From Setoptus koraiensis (lineage: Eukaryota > Animalia > Arthropoda): DNA of 64,000 nucleotides. A program made the position numbers and the translations under genes. The DNA lies in assembly GCA_048013815.1 (NCBI GenBank), contig CM106586.1, forward strand, positions 7,812,001-7,876,000. Direction: 5' to 3'. Below the pieces are notes generated by a model. The model worked only from the letters and a program-made list of their open reading frames with translations. It had not been told where the DNA came from and made no database searches. This document shows positions 1 to 14,504 of this stretch, piece by piece. The first letter of the stretch is position 1. The number at the start of each line of letters is the position of its first letter.

Positions 1-1053
1 GAGAGCCTCTATCTCACCAACACCGCCGACGCGTTTCTATTTAAGGGCATGAGAATGGGATTCTTGGATGATTTAGAGGCAAAGGGCGTCCTTCCCGACG
101 ACGCTCCTCCAAATAACACATTTGGTTTCTATTATGGAAAAAACAATACTTGGGACAAAGAAAGTGATGGTATTATATCCTTGTCCACTGGTGTTGATGG
201 AGATTTTGCCAACATTGGCAAGGTCACTGCCTGGAATGGAAAAAAAACCATGAGCTTCTGGAAGCCAGTCAACAGCCAGTGTAACACATTTAAAGGGACT
301 GATGGGCAATTTTTTCATCCCAGTATTAAGAAAGACGAAAAGTTAGATATATTCGCGCCTGATCTCTGCCGAACATTGACTATTGAATATCTCAAAACGG
401 TCTCTATCAGAAGTATAGAACTTTATAGATTTGGTATATCGCCTTCATTCTTTAAGCCAGCAGATTCATTGAATGAAACCAAGTGCTACTGTGTTAAAAG
501 AGGTCAAGACATTTGCAAACATGGTGGCGTTATTGATGCCGCTGGTTGCCGCAAGAAACCCATCGTAGTATCCACGCCACATTTTTACAATGGTGATGAC
601 GCTCTCAGGGACAAATTTGAGGGTCTTGAACCCTCGCAAGCCGACCATGATACATATATCGACATAGAACCTATGACTGGTAACGTCTTGAGGGCAAGAA
701 GAAGATTGCAAGTTAATTTAGCAATGAAAAGTTATGACGGGGTGCCAATGACAAGTTTCCTAGCGAAAAGCTCCTCCTTAATCCATCCAATATTATATAT
801 TGATCAAAATGCCGTCATACCAGATGATCTAGCACAAAAGCTTGAGAGTAAATTAACTAAAAAAGTTAGAATGGCACGTATATTTTTGTATGCTGCACTA
901 TTTACAGGACCCATCATATTAGTGGCGGCATTAATATTTATATGTTTGGACGTTCGTTCTACAGACAAAAAAGGTAGAGCGAAAAAAGTTGCACAAGACA
1001 CAGGTGGTGATTACCAAGTTGTTGCTTTGAAGCCAGTCAAAGAACAAAACTAG
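1..1053 (+). CDS. CD36 / scavenger receptor class B family protein, 3' part (frame open from position 1, 5' end outside window)
   Basis: Motifs FYYGKNNT, GTDGQFFHP, FAPDLCR, STPHFYNGD, IDIEPMTG, a Cys cluster and a C-terminal TM helix are typical of the CD36/SR-B1/LIMP-2 family; no introns in this part. Confidence 0.92.
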   Translation, partial: ESLYLTNTADAFLFKGMRMGFLDDLEAKGVLPDDAPPNNTFGFYYGKNNTWDKESDGIISLSTGVDGDFANIGKVTAWNGKKTMSFWKPVNSQCNTFKGTDGQFFHPSIKKDEKLDIFAPDLCRTLTIEYLKTVSIRSIELYRFGISPSFFKPADSLNETKCYCVKRGQDICKHGGVIDAAGCRKKPIVVSTPHFYNGDDALRDKFEGLEPSQADHDTYIDIEPMTGNVLRARRRLQVNLAMKSYDGVPMTSFLAKSSSLIHPILYIDQNAVIPDDLAQKLESKLTKKVRMARIFLYAALFTGPIILVAALIFICLDVRSTDKKGRAKKVAQDTGGDYQVVALKPVKEQN

Positions 1054-1061
1054 ATTGCTAT

Positions 1062-2340
1062 GTGAGCATAGCAAAATCGTTGTGGCTTTTTTTCTATGTG
1101 AGAGAGATGTAAAAACTGGAATTCAGTAAATAAAAATTAAAACATTACTGTCGATTCGATTAAATTATCATGAATTTAGGAAATCAGCACTGACTGTTCA
1201 ACTTACCCCTTCAAGTATCGATGCGACATCACGACCCAACCAGAAAGGATATACAGCTTCAACACGACAAACTGTATCAAATAAGTATTACTCGTTCGCT
1301 GGATGTTATGATGGTCTAAAAAATACAATCAAGGATTAGCTTCACAAAACTATGTGAATAATCATCATATTGTGAATCGAATAACAACCAATACCTACCA
1401 GCCATCATCTCGTACATCAAGACTGCCTGAGCCCACAAATCAATTCCATGCAGAACTTCCGGACGTGTAAAGTCCTGTGTATCTATGAATGAAAGGTAAT
1501 TGTCTAGCTTCAAGTTAGCGCGTTTGTGATGGAACATCAGAGCTAAGGTGACCTCAGCAGCATAAAACTTTGCTTCATTTTCGTCGTATTCAAGCGCTTT
1601 TTGTGTCTGAAACATTGGATCAAAACCATTGACGTATTCGATGGCTAAAATAATCTATCGGCAGTTTCATGATTGATCATATCGTTTTACTCATACCTCA
1701 AATAAATTCTTGGCAATGAGCGCGAAAGGCTGATTGCATAGACATGGTGTCTTTGAATTCATGTCCATTGAAAATGTGCTTTCACCTATTCGAACCAAGC
1801 TTCTTAATGAATTCCCTGACTCGGAAGAACATTCAGAGGATATTGATAATCCTTGCTATATGGTCTGAAAGCGAGGCGCTGATTGAGGTATTTCCTGTTC
1901 TTGTCTTCGCTTTATTATAGCTTATAGTGAGCAATATGTAGCTAACGTGTGGTAGTTGAGTGAATAATAAATAAATTCCATTGATCAGCCTGTCAGTTAG
2001 TCACTGATTTCCAATGAATCTAATATATTTGGATTACATTCACGTATACTATCAGTAGTCCGATGTCAGAACATAAAAAATGCATATAGGAATTATATAT
2101 ATATATTTATATATTTATATTAGTTAATGGGTGCTTGTTACGATATTAATATTGATAAAATTTGGCGAATAAATAATAATATACAATAACAAAATACATA
2201 CATGGGGACTATGTTTGTTGGAGTGCCTGTCATCAACACGTTGAAATAAAAGTGAAAGTTTGTGAGTGAATTGCGAAAGAAAAGGTGTATCGAAAACCCG
2301 GAAAACGAAAAGTTTCCGCAATGATCGCCACTCTCCGGAA
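1062..2340 (-). pseudogene. Decayed, internally deleted inverted duplicate of the adjacent PKC gene (5' flank to exon 4, introns retained)
   Basis: The reverse complement aligns by eye in order to ~3200-3400, 3900-4050, 4540-4860, 5210-5235, 5830-6010, 6220-6680. Start ATG is ATA at 1889-1891; translated relic [13 protein letters not shown]...VLMYEMMAG; intron 2 and 3 sequence retained. Confidence 0.9.
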
Positions 2341-2958
2341 TAATTTCAGATATTCATGCGTGCTCAAGTCTAATTTACCATGAGGCATGCGCCCATTATT
2401 TTCAGAATTTTGGTAAAAATTTTCGAATTCTCATTGGGCGCGCTCACTTCGCATTAAGTACATGGGAGAATGTGCATGATAAATTTACTTTTGAGGTAGA
2501 TATCTCGAAAATTAAGCATCTTCCGGTAAAAAGGAAGACGTTTTCGGGCTGCCCAGAAACAATGGAGTTCAATAAGACCAGAGTCGAGTTGGAATGGATG
2601 TCAAGCTGAGGAGGTTTACCTTGTTATATATATAGCACACGTAAGGACCCGTCGGTCTTAGCACACACATACAGGAGCCTTGTTAGCGTGGCAGTTCGCG
2701 CACACAAACACGTACAAATGACGTATATTTACACACGCACGCAAGCTTCGAGGCGCGCACATGTCAGAACGTCGTCGTCTACGTAACATTTTAGCTGCGC
2801 TTGAATTAGAGCAAGTGGATTGTAAAACCAGCGCACAAATATATATATACACGGACACACACGAACATAGGCACACATTAACCCTCATTGATCTTGGCCT
2901 GCTAACTGTAGTGAGTCGCCGCTGCCGATCTTCTTCTTTCCCTCTTGTTCGTTGTTTG

Positions 2959-2959
<1 letters not shown>

Positions 2960-3053
<94 letters not shown>

Positions 3054-3072
3054 AACACACACTCACACACAC
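2960..3072. repeat. (CA)n microsatellite
   Basis: Long pure CA run with a degenerate 3' end; source of spurious HTHT/CVCV ORFs. Confidence 0.97.
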
Positions 3073-3746
3073 ATACAACAAGCCCCCCCCCCCGCACAGG
3101 AATAAGTATGCATAAGAGGTAGCTATATAGCGCTGGCAAGCTAGCTGATATAACACACTCACACACACACACACACAAGAATATCAAGATATACTATAGG
3201 AGTGAGTGAGCGATGGCGAATCCATGGCGTCTGAAGAATCCACAACTAATGTATACTAGAGTATAATAACATCGCTGCGAACTATTCCACATTTAGGCTA
3301 TTTGTGTGAGTGTGTGCGCGATGTTCCCTCACCACAACCTAACGCGCTAACACTAACGATTCGCTCACACACTTTCACTTTTATTTCAACATGTTCAATA
3401 TATATACGTATATCTATACATATAAATATAAATATTCTAGATAAATAAAACTCACACATGATATCGAGCTAACAAGCAACAAATAGAACATCACCTAATT
3501 GTGTATAGTCACACACACTCACACACCACTGCTATATACTACACCAACTAACAAATACTATACACCATAAACACTGGATAAAACAAAACATGTTAATGGG
3601 GGAGCAGACAGACCGATAGGCATTGAAACAAACATATTACCTACATATATATATATATTAAATCATTATATATTATTATTTATTCATCATATTTTATCCA
3701 TATTTATACCCTTCAATATCAGGCACTCACCCAATCACATATACAG

Positions 3747-3778
<32 letters not shown>

Positions 3779-4627
3779 TATATATATATTTATATATAGC
3801 TACTAGGAGATATATAAATACTGTAAACACAAGGCTACTCTGAGCAAACATTCTCACACACGGGCACATATTGCACAATATACTATATATATATATATAT
3901 ATAAATATAGTTGATATATGCATTTTTGTGTCCTAACATCGGACTAGTGTAAACTATTACAAATACTATACATATTTATTATCACAGTATATTAGCATCA
4001 TTGCAACCCAGTAACTAACTAACTTGCTGATCAATGGAATTTATTTATTATTGATGAATCTAGGATCTTATCAACCATGAACTATTATCAATTCTGCACC
4101 AGTGGCAATTTTAGCAGGACTAAAATTGATTGATCTATTTCAAGTCTGGCCCACATAGTCCACCCCTTTAAACAATTATCAGCACCCGATAACAGTAGTA
4201 ACTATTAGCTAGAATAATTTGCTATTTGCTAAAATTATTTATTGTTGATCGCTGTCACAACATAGTCAGCCCAAAAACTAACACTTATCCACTATTGTTG
4301 GCCACCGGTATTACCACCATGGAAACATTTATAATATTAGGATATTTTATAGTCACATTATTCAATTGTCTGGAACCAAAGACTTAAACTGAAACTCAAA
4401 AGTCTTAAGGAACGTCTATACAATTATAACCTAGATCTTCATTATTTACATAAATATACACAAATACATGAATTTCACCGAACTAAGCCAAACTATATTA
4501 GTCACGATAATAATCAATCTCAGTCAATTAATAGACGTTAGCTAAATACAGCTAACTATATGCTATACCAAAGAAACGAGGAGAAATTTTAGTTAGGACC
4601 TCAAACGAAACTATCACCTAACATTAA

Positions 4628-7011
<2,384 letters not shown>

Positions 7012-7301
7012 CTTTGATGGGAATAGTTAAGATTCTATTTATACCGTGTCTGTTACCAATGATATTGTTCTAGGTTGACCACAAACGAAATAAATTACAA
7101 TTGAGCATTTGCAATCTATAAAAATATCGCAATAGCTAAAATTAATTAATTCTTCTAAACGATGTCGTGTTGCGATTGTAGTCAGCTAATTTTATTCCGT
7201 CATGCAACTGTATTCAGTCAAAATACGACATGCAATATTAATTAAGGTAGAAAATACATTTGGACTCGGTGAAGTTGAGTATCTTGCGATAGATGAGTTA
7301 T

Positions 7302-8405
7302 TCAAACAAAATCATCACCTGTATCCGATGAGGAATGGAAACTCTCTTTCCTAAGGCTGTAACTGAGATCTCCCAAGAAATCTCTGAAGTGGATGGGATC
7401 CATGTTTTTGGCCAACAAGTCAATTAAGTACCACTCACCAACTGGCAATGAGTCGAATATTTGGACAACTTCTTTGGTAGGGAATAATTTAGCCCTATGT
7501 TTGAATACAAACAATCTAGCTCTTCTTGATACGTAGGTGCCAACTCGCCATGCTAAGCTGAAGAATGTTAAAATTCCTAAAATATAGAACCAGAACCACA
7601 AGAAGATGAATATTTTCTCGTTGATAATGTTGATTGGCAATATGCACATAGCATCGTGTCGTTGAATATCACCTGACGAACCGTATCGATGGAAGGTACA
7701 TTTAGTGAGACGTGGAAAAACTTTGATCATTGGGTCGAAACGGACGGATTGGTCCCAATTAGAGAATTGCAGTACACTTAGTCCATAAGTACTGAATTCG
7801 CCACTCAAGAAGGTGTCCATTAAATACATTTGAAATAGTACATTTAAGAATGTAAGTGCCTCACAAACTACGTAGGACAAATAATAGACCTTGTGTGATC
7901 CAAGGTTGCGTCTGAAATATTGGACGAGTATCTCTCTTCGTTTTGGCGCATCAGGTAGTATCGGACAGTCCATATTCATGAGAATAGATCTGAGTCTATT
8001 TCCTTCAAAAATCTTCCATATATATCTGGGAAGGTAGAATGAAATAGCCTGGAAGAATAGGACAAAGCAGACCCATTGGTAGTACTTGTGATAGACGCGT
8101 TTCTCGCCAGGACTATAAGTGGCTACTCCCGGATAGGGCACCTCAATGCCGACAGTCTTATTCCAAGCGTCTACAACGGAGAATGTGGCGTGTATCCAGC
8201 AGTAGGTGTCCAACAAGTTTGGTGGTATGTCATCTCTGGAGATACAGTCAATGGGATCACCAAAGTATTGTCTAGATGTTACCAATAGACTGGCACCAAT
8301 TAGAATGGCAACAGTGAATTTGTAGTGTAATTGAAATACAAAACTGTCGGTGACAATTTGTTCGATTTTAATAAATGATCTCAAGCTACCGAATAATTTG
8401 TCCAT
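7302..8405 (-). CDS. Innexin (gap junction protein, inx2/ogre/shakB-like), intronless
   Basis: RQYFGDPIDC, TYCWIH, YYQWVCFVLFFQA, FPRLTKC, CILPINIINEKIFIFLWFW signatures; 367 aa. Confidence 0.96.
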   Translation of the reverse strand: MDKLFGSLRSFIKIEQIVTDSFVFQLHYKFTVAILIGASLLVTSRQYFGDPIDCISRDDIPPNLLDTYCWIHATFSVVDAWNKTVGIEVPYPGVATYSPGEKRVYHKYYQWVCFVLFFQAISFYLPRYIWKIFEGNRLRSILMNMDCPILPDAPKRREILVQYFRRNLGSHKVYYLSYVVCEALTFLNVLFQMYLMDTFLSGEFSTYGLSVLQFSNWDQSVRFDPMIKVFPRLTKCTFHRYGSSGDIQRHDAMCILPINIINEKIFIFLWFWFYILGILTFFSLAWRVGTYVSRRARLFVFKHRAKLFPTKEVVQIFDSLPVGEWYLIDLLAKNMDPIHFRDFLGDLSYSLRKESFHSSSDTGDDFV

Positions 8406-9312
8406 TGTTGTTGTTGATTGTTGTGCGCTAAGTAGTTATGGCAATCAATTGTGTGTGTGTGTGTGTATGTGTTGGACGGACTATGTTTCCGAGTAAGGTG
8501 TTGTTTAAATTAATTAATTATGTGTTGGTTGTAGCTGTTGAAACTGGCGTTTCAATTTGAATTTAATCTACTAATTGAATTAGATTGTTGTTGGCTTGCG
8601 TGTGACACAATCAAACATGTCGTGGTTGCGCCGTTTGTCCACACGTAAATAGCGCGTGTAATTGTGAGTATAATAGCGTTGTTGATATGTGATACTGGAG
8701 TCAATAAAGCTTAATTAATCAATAATTGAAAACGATGTTCACTAATACTGTGGAGATAATTAATAATGCTGGTAATAGTGATAATTGTTGTTGTTGTTGT
8801 TGTCGTCACGAGTGTAGTGTTTCTGCGGCGACGACAATTGTCTTGAGATCAAAGGCAACAGGCTAAGGGCCAATGCCAGTGTGATAATGGTGCAGGATGG
8901 TGCAGAATATGGTGCAGTCTAAATTGAGTGTACTTTGCACCACTGCTAGTGTCGATGTGCAGTGGTTTACACAGTTTATAGGAGTGTGTGCGAACCAGAT
9001 TTCATTACCAGCGATCGACAAAGAGAGCGAGAGACAGAGAGCGAGAGCGAGAGAAAGAGAAAGAGGGAGAGGGAATAAAAAGTGAGTGCGTTGGCGCTGC
9101 CAGCGCTGCGTCCGTGTGCTGCGTTTGTGTGTTGGCGGAAAGGAGGGAAGTAACAGCCATCGATTGTTCGCCTTCATCGGTTGGTCGGCCATGGTTGCAG
9201 CAGCAGCAGCCGCGGCAGCAGCCTGTTAGTCAATTCCATTCCGAGTGTTCGCACAGAATGGAATTACACACACCGTGGAACTATAGAGCAAACTGTTCTA
9301 TCTCAGACAGAA

Positions 9313-9314
<2 letters not shown>

Positions 9315-9354
<40 letters not shown>
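9315..9354. repeat. (TG)n microsatellite
   Basis: Pure TG run. Confidence 0.95.
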
Positions 9355-9358
<4 letters not shown>

Positions 9359-11705
9359 CACACACATATCGAATAATTCCACGGTGCGCACACTAGACAG
9401 TGTCTGTGGCGAACGGGGGGCGGCATTTTGCGGAACAACAGGCGACACTGCCGCTGCTGCGATCCAGTAACAGTGTGTAATGGCAACACAACAATGGTGG
9501 ACACTGTTGCTTTCCCCTAATGGCGCACTCGAATGTTCAACAGTCACTTTGTTGGCATGTGTGCTCGTCGTGTGTGCGCGCTGACCACGGCGCCATGAGG
9601 TCCAGGGTGTCCGTTTGAACGTGATGCGTCCGTAGATGGCCATGATAACGCGTGACCGTGGTCACTGTGTGAGCAACATGCTGTTCGCTGGTGCGCTGTT
9701 CGCATTTATGGCCACACTAAACTCAAATCACAGTTTGACTCAAGTTCGCACACACATGGACACAAGTTGCGCCAGACAACGGCGCCGCCGACTGGCGCTC
9801 ATCAGCACCGCCGAGTCTGGCCGCTGGACTGCGCCAGTCGCCACAGTGGTGAGCTGTTGTTGTTGTCGTTGATACATTAGTGTATTTTGTATATTACTGA
9901 TGTGTTCTGTTTGCAAATGATGACTACAGCAACTGTACTACAGTTGCTGTGGTACAGTAAATATGCAAACTGCATGCAGTGAGCGATAGCAAATGATGGT
10001 ATCAGTGCATGGGGCACCGAACGCAGTGCAATTGATTGTTGCCATCGCTATTATTGGAGTATGATCACTGTGCTGGCAGGTCGCTCAATACAGTTAATTG
10101 TCGAGTGACGCTAATTACAATGCTGTGTCGTCAGGGCTGCTGTTGTCAGTTATGTCAGCTTGAGTCGTGTTGTTTGTGTGCACTTTGCGTCAGTAACGAC
10201 AGATGATTAGCGATGAGACACGACTCGCTACCGACAACAACACTGTTGTTGTGAGTGCCAGTGAATTAGTCAGTGAACAAACAAACGCTACATCTAACCA
10301 TTCCGTGGCCGGCAACTGGCACACAAGCGCATTGTGTGTTGTGTCGACACTGTCGAGTATGTATGACCAATTAATCGGACGACAATTAATCGGCAACAGT
10401 TGCCATTGCCAACAACGGCACAAATGAAACAATGTAAAACATTTGCCAATACAGTGTTGCTGTTGGTGGCGAATCTTTTGTCACAATTGTCTCTATCACA
10501 ACAGGGCCGAAATGGCTATCATTTATCGGCGTCATTCGAACCAGTGGAACGACCCAGCGCGCTTGTGGCACCTAGCAATAATAACAAATACAAACAAACA
10601 ATAATAACTGTGACAGCGACTGTCTACGCACGCTCACGCCGTCCACCATGGACGCCACTAATGATGAACCATCAAGCGCGCCGATCCGTCATCAAAAGAT
10701 TGCCAACGACAACAAGCTCTCTCCTTCGATCAGTTGGGGCGTTTTTTCATTGTAATTCTTCGTCGTAATCTTGCGACACACACACACACTTGCGACTGTA
10801 AAACACGATTGTCAAAAACAATAGCACAATGCTTTCATTAGTTTTGTTGGTTCGCCGTGGTTGTTTTATTGATTTCCTTTCATGTTCCTTGGTCGTCGTG
10901 TACCCGCGCTTGCTGACTCTGCCAAGGTAACCACTCTAAATTGATGACGTGCACCACTGTGCTGCTGTTACGAAATGGGCGCGTGACAGGTGTACCAATT
11001 GGCTCGGCGGGTCCTATGACACCGCTGACAGGTAGAAATGGCAAAATTACAAAGCCCGCGTAGGGGCCAATATATGAAGACAAAAAAGTGCGCCCGTAAC
11101 TATTTATCTAACAACCTAAATCGTGCACTTGTACGTAGTGGCGCACCATGGATTATTCACAAGATTGCAGTGCGCACTGCGACAAAAAACCCTCTCAAAA
11201 CGGTTTGAATGTGGCGCCAAATCCATCAATATTTACTCTACTGTTGCAAGTTGCAACCACGTTATTCTGGCGTGTGTTTGTTGTTTTTGTTGTTGCTATC
11301 ACAAAAAGAACGCTAGGGGCGCTGAATTGACTTACAATTGTTAGCGACAAAGGTTACACAACAGTTCACTGTTTCACTCCTTGGGCTACCACTCCTTGGT
11401 ACATTGGTCTCCAGCGAAAAGCAAAACCATCGCAAGCCATACATTCGCCACCACCAGGCCCACTTGCCTGGCCACGAGACATCAAAAACGCCCCCAAGCG
11501 ATCGTATTCTGCTGCGATTTTCAGTGTATCACTGACAAGCTGGATTGCTATTATTATTATTCTTTCAAGCCAATGGTAGTTGAATAATTCATTAAATATT
11601 ATTATACTTTGTGATATCAAAGTATGATTGTTGCAAAATATTAACCTGGATCCAATCTAATCAGTGATTGTCGACGAGTGCCCATAATTGATAATCGACC
11701 TATTG

Positions 11706-11882
11706 ATGCAGGGATTACCGCCTCGCTTCAAGATAACGTTGGTGTTCTCGCTGGCGTTTTTGGCTGGCAATCAAGTGACTCACATGATCTACAATCCCAT
11801 GGCGGATTTCGCAGAACTAGTCGAAATAGAAAAGGAGCGCCTATGGAACGAACATATGTCCAATCTGGATAGGAAAGACTAG
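11706..11882 (+). CDS. UQCC6: BRAWNIN / UQCC6 (C12orf73, fly sloth2)-like mitochondrial microprotein, 58 aa
   Basis: MQGLPPRFKITLVFSLAFLAGNQVTHMIYNPMADFAELVEIEK matches the remembered family pattern (hydrophobic helix, AG-x-Q/E-x-x-H-x-x-Y-x-P, acidic tail); ATG at 11706 in an AT-rich island. Confidence 0.68.
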   Translation: MQGLPPRFKITLVFSLAFLAGNQVTHMIYNPMADFAELVEIEKERLWNEHMSNLDRKD

Positions 11883-13788
11883 CTGCCAGCAACTGACCTA
11901 GGAAATCGGCCAGTTTAAATGGATAAAAGTTAAAATGCCCAGTGAATTGCATGCACATAAATTATAAGCGACCCCAACGGCTTATATATATATATATATA
12001 TATGGGCCGTTGCTGTATATATGTGAGCGGGCCTGAATATACAAGCAATCGTGCCTAGAATAGATAAATGAGCTTTAGCCAATGTGACGACCCGGACTAA
12101 AAAGGCCCACCATCATCATTCATTTTATTTTCTTTTTTCACTCTAATCATGTTGTACTCGCTTCTCCTCGCTATACATACACACCCCCGCACTCTAGTCA
12201 TTGCTCTCATCTTCTCTATGTACATGTCTATTTTCTTGGTCTATCCATTTATCCGGCCGGCGCCTCAAATGGCGGCAATAGCAGCAACAGAGAGGTCGCT
12301 GCTTTTATTATTATCATCATGAACAGATGCAAATCAAACAATGATAATGCCCCGCTAATAGAGAAAGTTGAATAGTCTGCAAGTTTAGATTTGACCAACA
12401 AACTCAATTGTTAGACTAGCTAGCTGGGGCTCTTTAATGGTTCTGGCCGGAGAGTGTTTAGTTGGTGTCCTGTTGGTTTTGTGTTGTGTCTGAAAGTGTT
12501 GTTTTGGGCCCTGAATTCATTGCACGTGCTGGGGCAATTTCAACAAACAACAAAAAAACGATCGTCGTCTTGTTGAGGCAATAACATCAGCACACAATAA
12601 GATTATTAGTAATAGTTATTACAATAAAAGATAATAATATAACAAAAAATAAATAGATAGATAGACGGACAAATGGAGGAGGGATCTCTCAAGAGAGCGA
12701 GAGACAAGAGAGGAGATAATTCAAGTGCAATAGGAAGATAGCACGAGCAACAACGTCATTGGTGCTATTGATTGTCACCAGTTTCTCTTGTGTACAGTTG
12801 TTACAGTGGTGATGTCACAACAACAACGACAAGCAATTTCACGACTTATCTAGCTTTGCAACATCTAGACAGGCGAACCAGGCGGCCAGAGATAGCTGAT
12901 GATAATCAATTGTGTAACATGTTAAGAAATGGTCGATCACTGGCCGGTACAACATAATGTCAACTGTAAAAAGGTCAGTCGCTATCTGACAAGTGTCGAT
13001 CAATTTGATAGTTTGTTGGCAGTGTGTCCGATAGCGACAACGTGATCACAGGCGACCCATCCATTCATGATCGATAATGAGTAGTTACCGAAGTGGAGAA
13101 CAAGAGCCACGAAGAAAGATAATAAAGAGAAACAAGATAAACTAACAAACGTTGCTCGTAATTAACAGCGATAATAAACAGTGTATTTTGATTATAATTC
13201 CGGTCGCCCCTCTATCTATTGCCACAATTGCAGCACCAATTGTTATCGCGAATGACGATGGTGAACGAACACTGAACGACGAGAAGATCCAGAGCAAGTT
13301 GTTAGCAATTGAAAATGAATTGTTCAAGCGAGGCGAGATAATGCCATAATGCTCTATTGACGGCCACAGTCTTCGATCTATATAGCAAGACTATTAGTAG
13401 TGTGGCTTGATACAGCCGCACGATAGCGCCACCGGCGTTGGCGTTGGCGGCTCATTTGGCCAGCTCTCTCAATAATTGAAACAGGGATTCTGGTCGTTGT
13501 GTAACAACATAAGCCTGCGTTCTGGTACTACATGGTTACGTAATAGTTTTATTTGTTGTATTAGAAACGCGGACAACAGCACCAACAACAACAACACTCT
13601 TGTGTATTTATTGTATGTGTAGCAACGGTAATGCACCGAGTTATAAGCCTCTACACTTGATGTAAGGTAGTGGGCACAACTTGTTCAATTGTGCACAACC
13701 CAACTTGTTTGTCACACCAATAATGGCCACTAGGTGGCCCAGGTGTCTTTGGCAAAATGGTTGGCTTGCATGGCGAGTATTGCATGGC

Positions 13789-13790
<2 letters not shown>

Positions 13791-13824
<34 letters not shown>
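13791..13824. repeat. (GA)n microsatellite (GAGA-type tract)
   Basis: Pure AG run. Confidence 0.93.
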
Positions 13825-13826
<2 letters not shown>

Positions 13827-14416
13827 TGAGGAAATATGCGCAATTGGCGAGATTGGCGAGATTGGCAAGATTGAGGGCGCCGCGCATTGGATGCTATGGC
13901 TATAATAAGTGATTCAAGGTAAACAAACAAACAAAAGAATATACCGCATTCAAATTTAATGTGTGTGTGTATATATAGTTGAAATAGGTTTTATTATTGT
14001 GGCGATAGCGATAGTGCGCCAGCGAGCGAGCGAGTTAGGTATGCCCAGCAAGAGCAAGAGCAATAGCACGAGCAACAACAACAACAACAACAACATCAGC
14101 AACAACGACAACAATAACATTTATTCTTTATATACGCTGCCAGCTACTACTGTCATCTGTTCGTCTCGTCTCGTTTCGTTTCTTTCGAAGCTTCTTGTCG
14201 GCACTCACACGGGCTCGCCGAGTCGTCGTCGGCGGCTCGCCATCGCATGCCGTTGCATTCGATTTGGACCCATGCTACCCATATCGTATCATTTCATTTC
14301 ATCTCTTATCCGTGGGCTCCATTGGCTCGCTGGCCAGGCCAGGCCAGGCCAGCGCTTGCTAGCTTGGGCCCAATGGCAGGCTGGTCGGGCTGGCTAGGCT
14401 ACCTTTGGCACTGTGG

Positions 14417-14504
14417 GCATTACGCTAACAGCATTACGCAAGCGGCATTACGCAAGCAGCATTACGCAAGCCGCATTACGCAAGCCGCATTACGCAAGCA
14501 GCAT
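14417..14504. repeat. Tandem array, 14-bp unit GCATTACGCAAGCN x5 plus one variant
   Basis: Units start at 14431, 14445, 14459, 14473, 14487. Confidence 0.93.

Noticed and set aside
2340-2640. Non-repetitive spacer between the PKC pseudogene and the CA tract as a possible transposon remnant
   Set aside because: No terminal inverted repeats, target-site duplication, ORF or second copy could be identified.
10880-11620. Short minus-strand ORFs upstream of the microprotein as a possible SMIM4/sloth1 partner or divergent gene
   Set aside because: No SMIM4-like FxxFFxxG motif or other recognisable signature and no consistent splice model.
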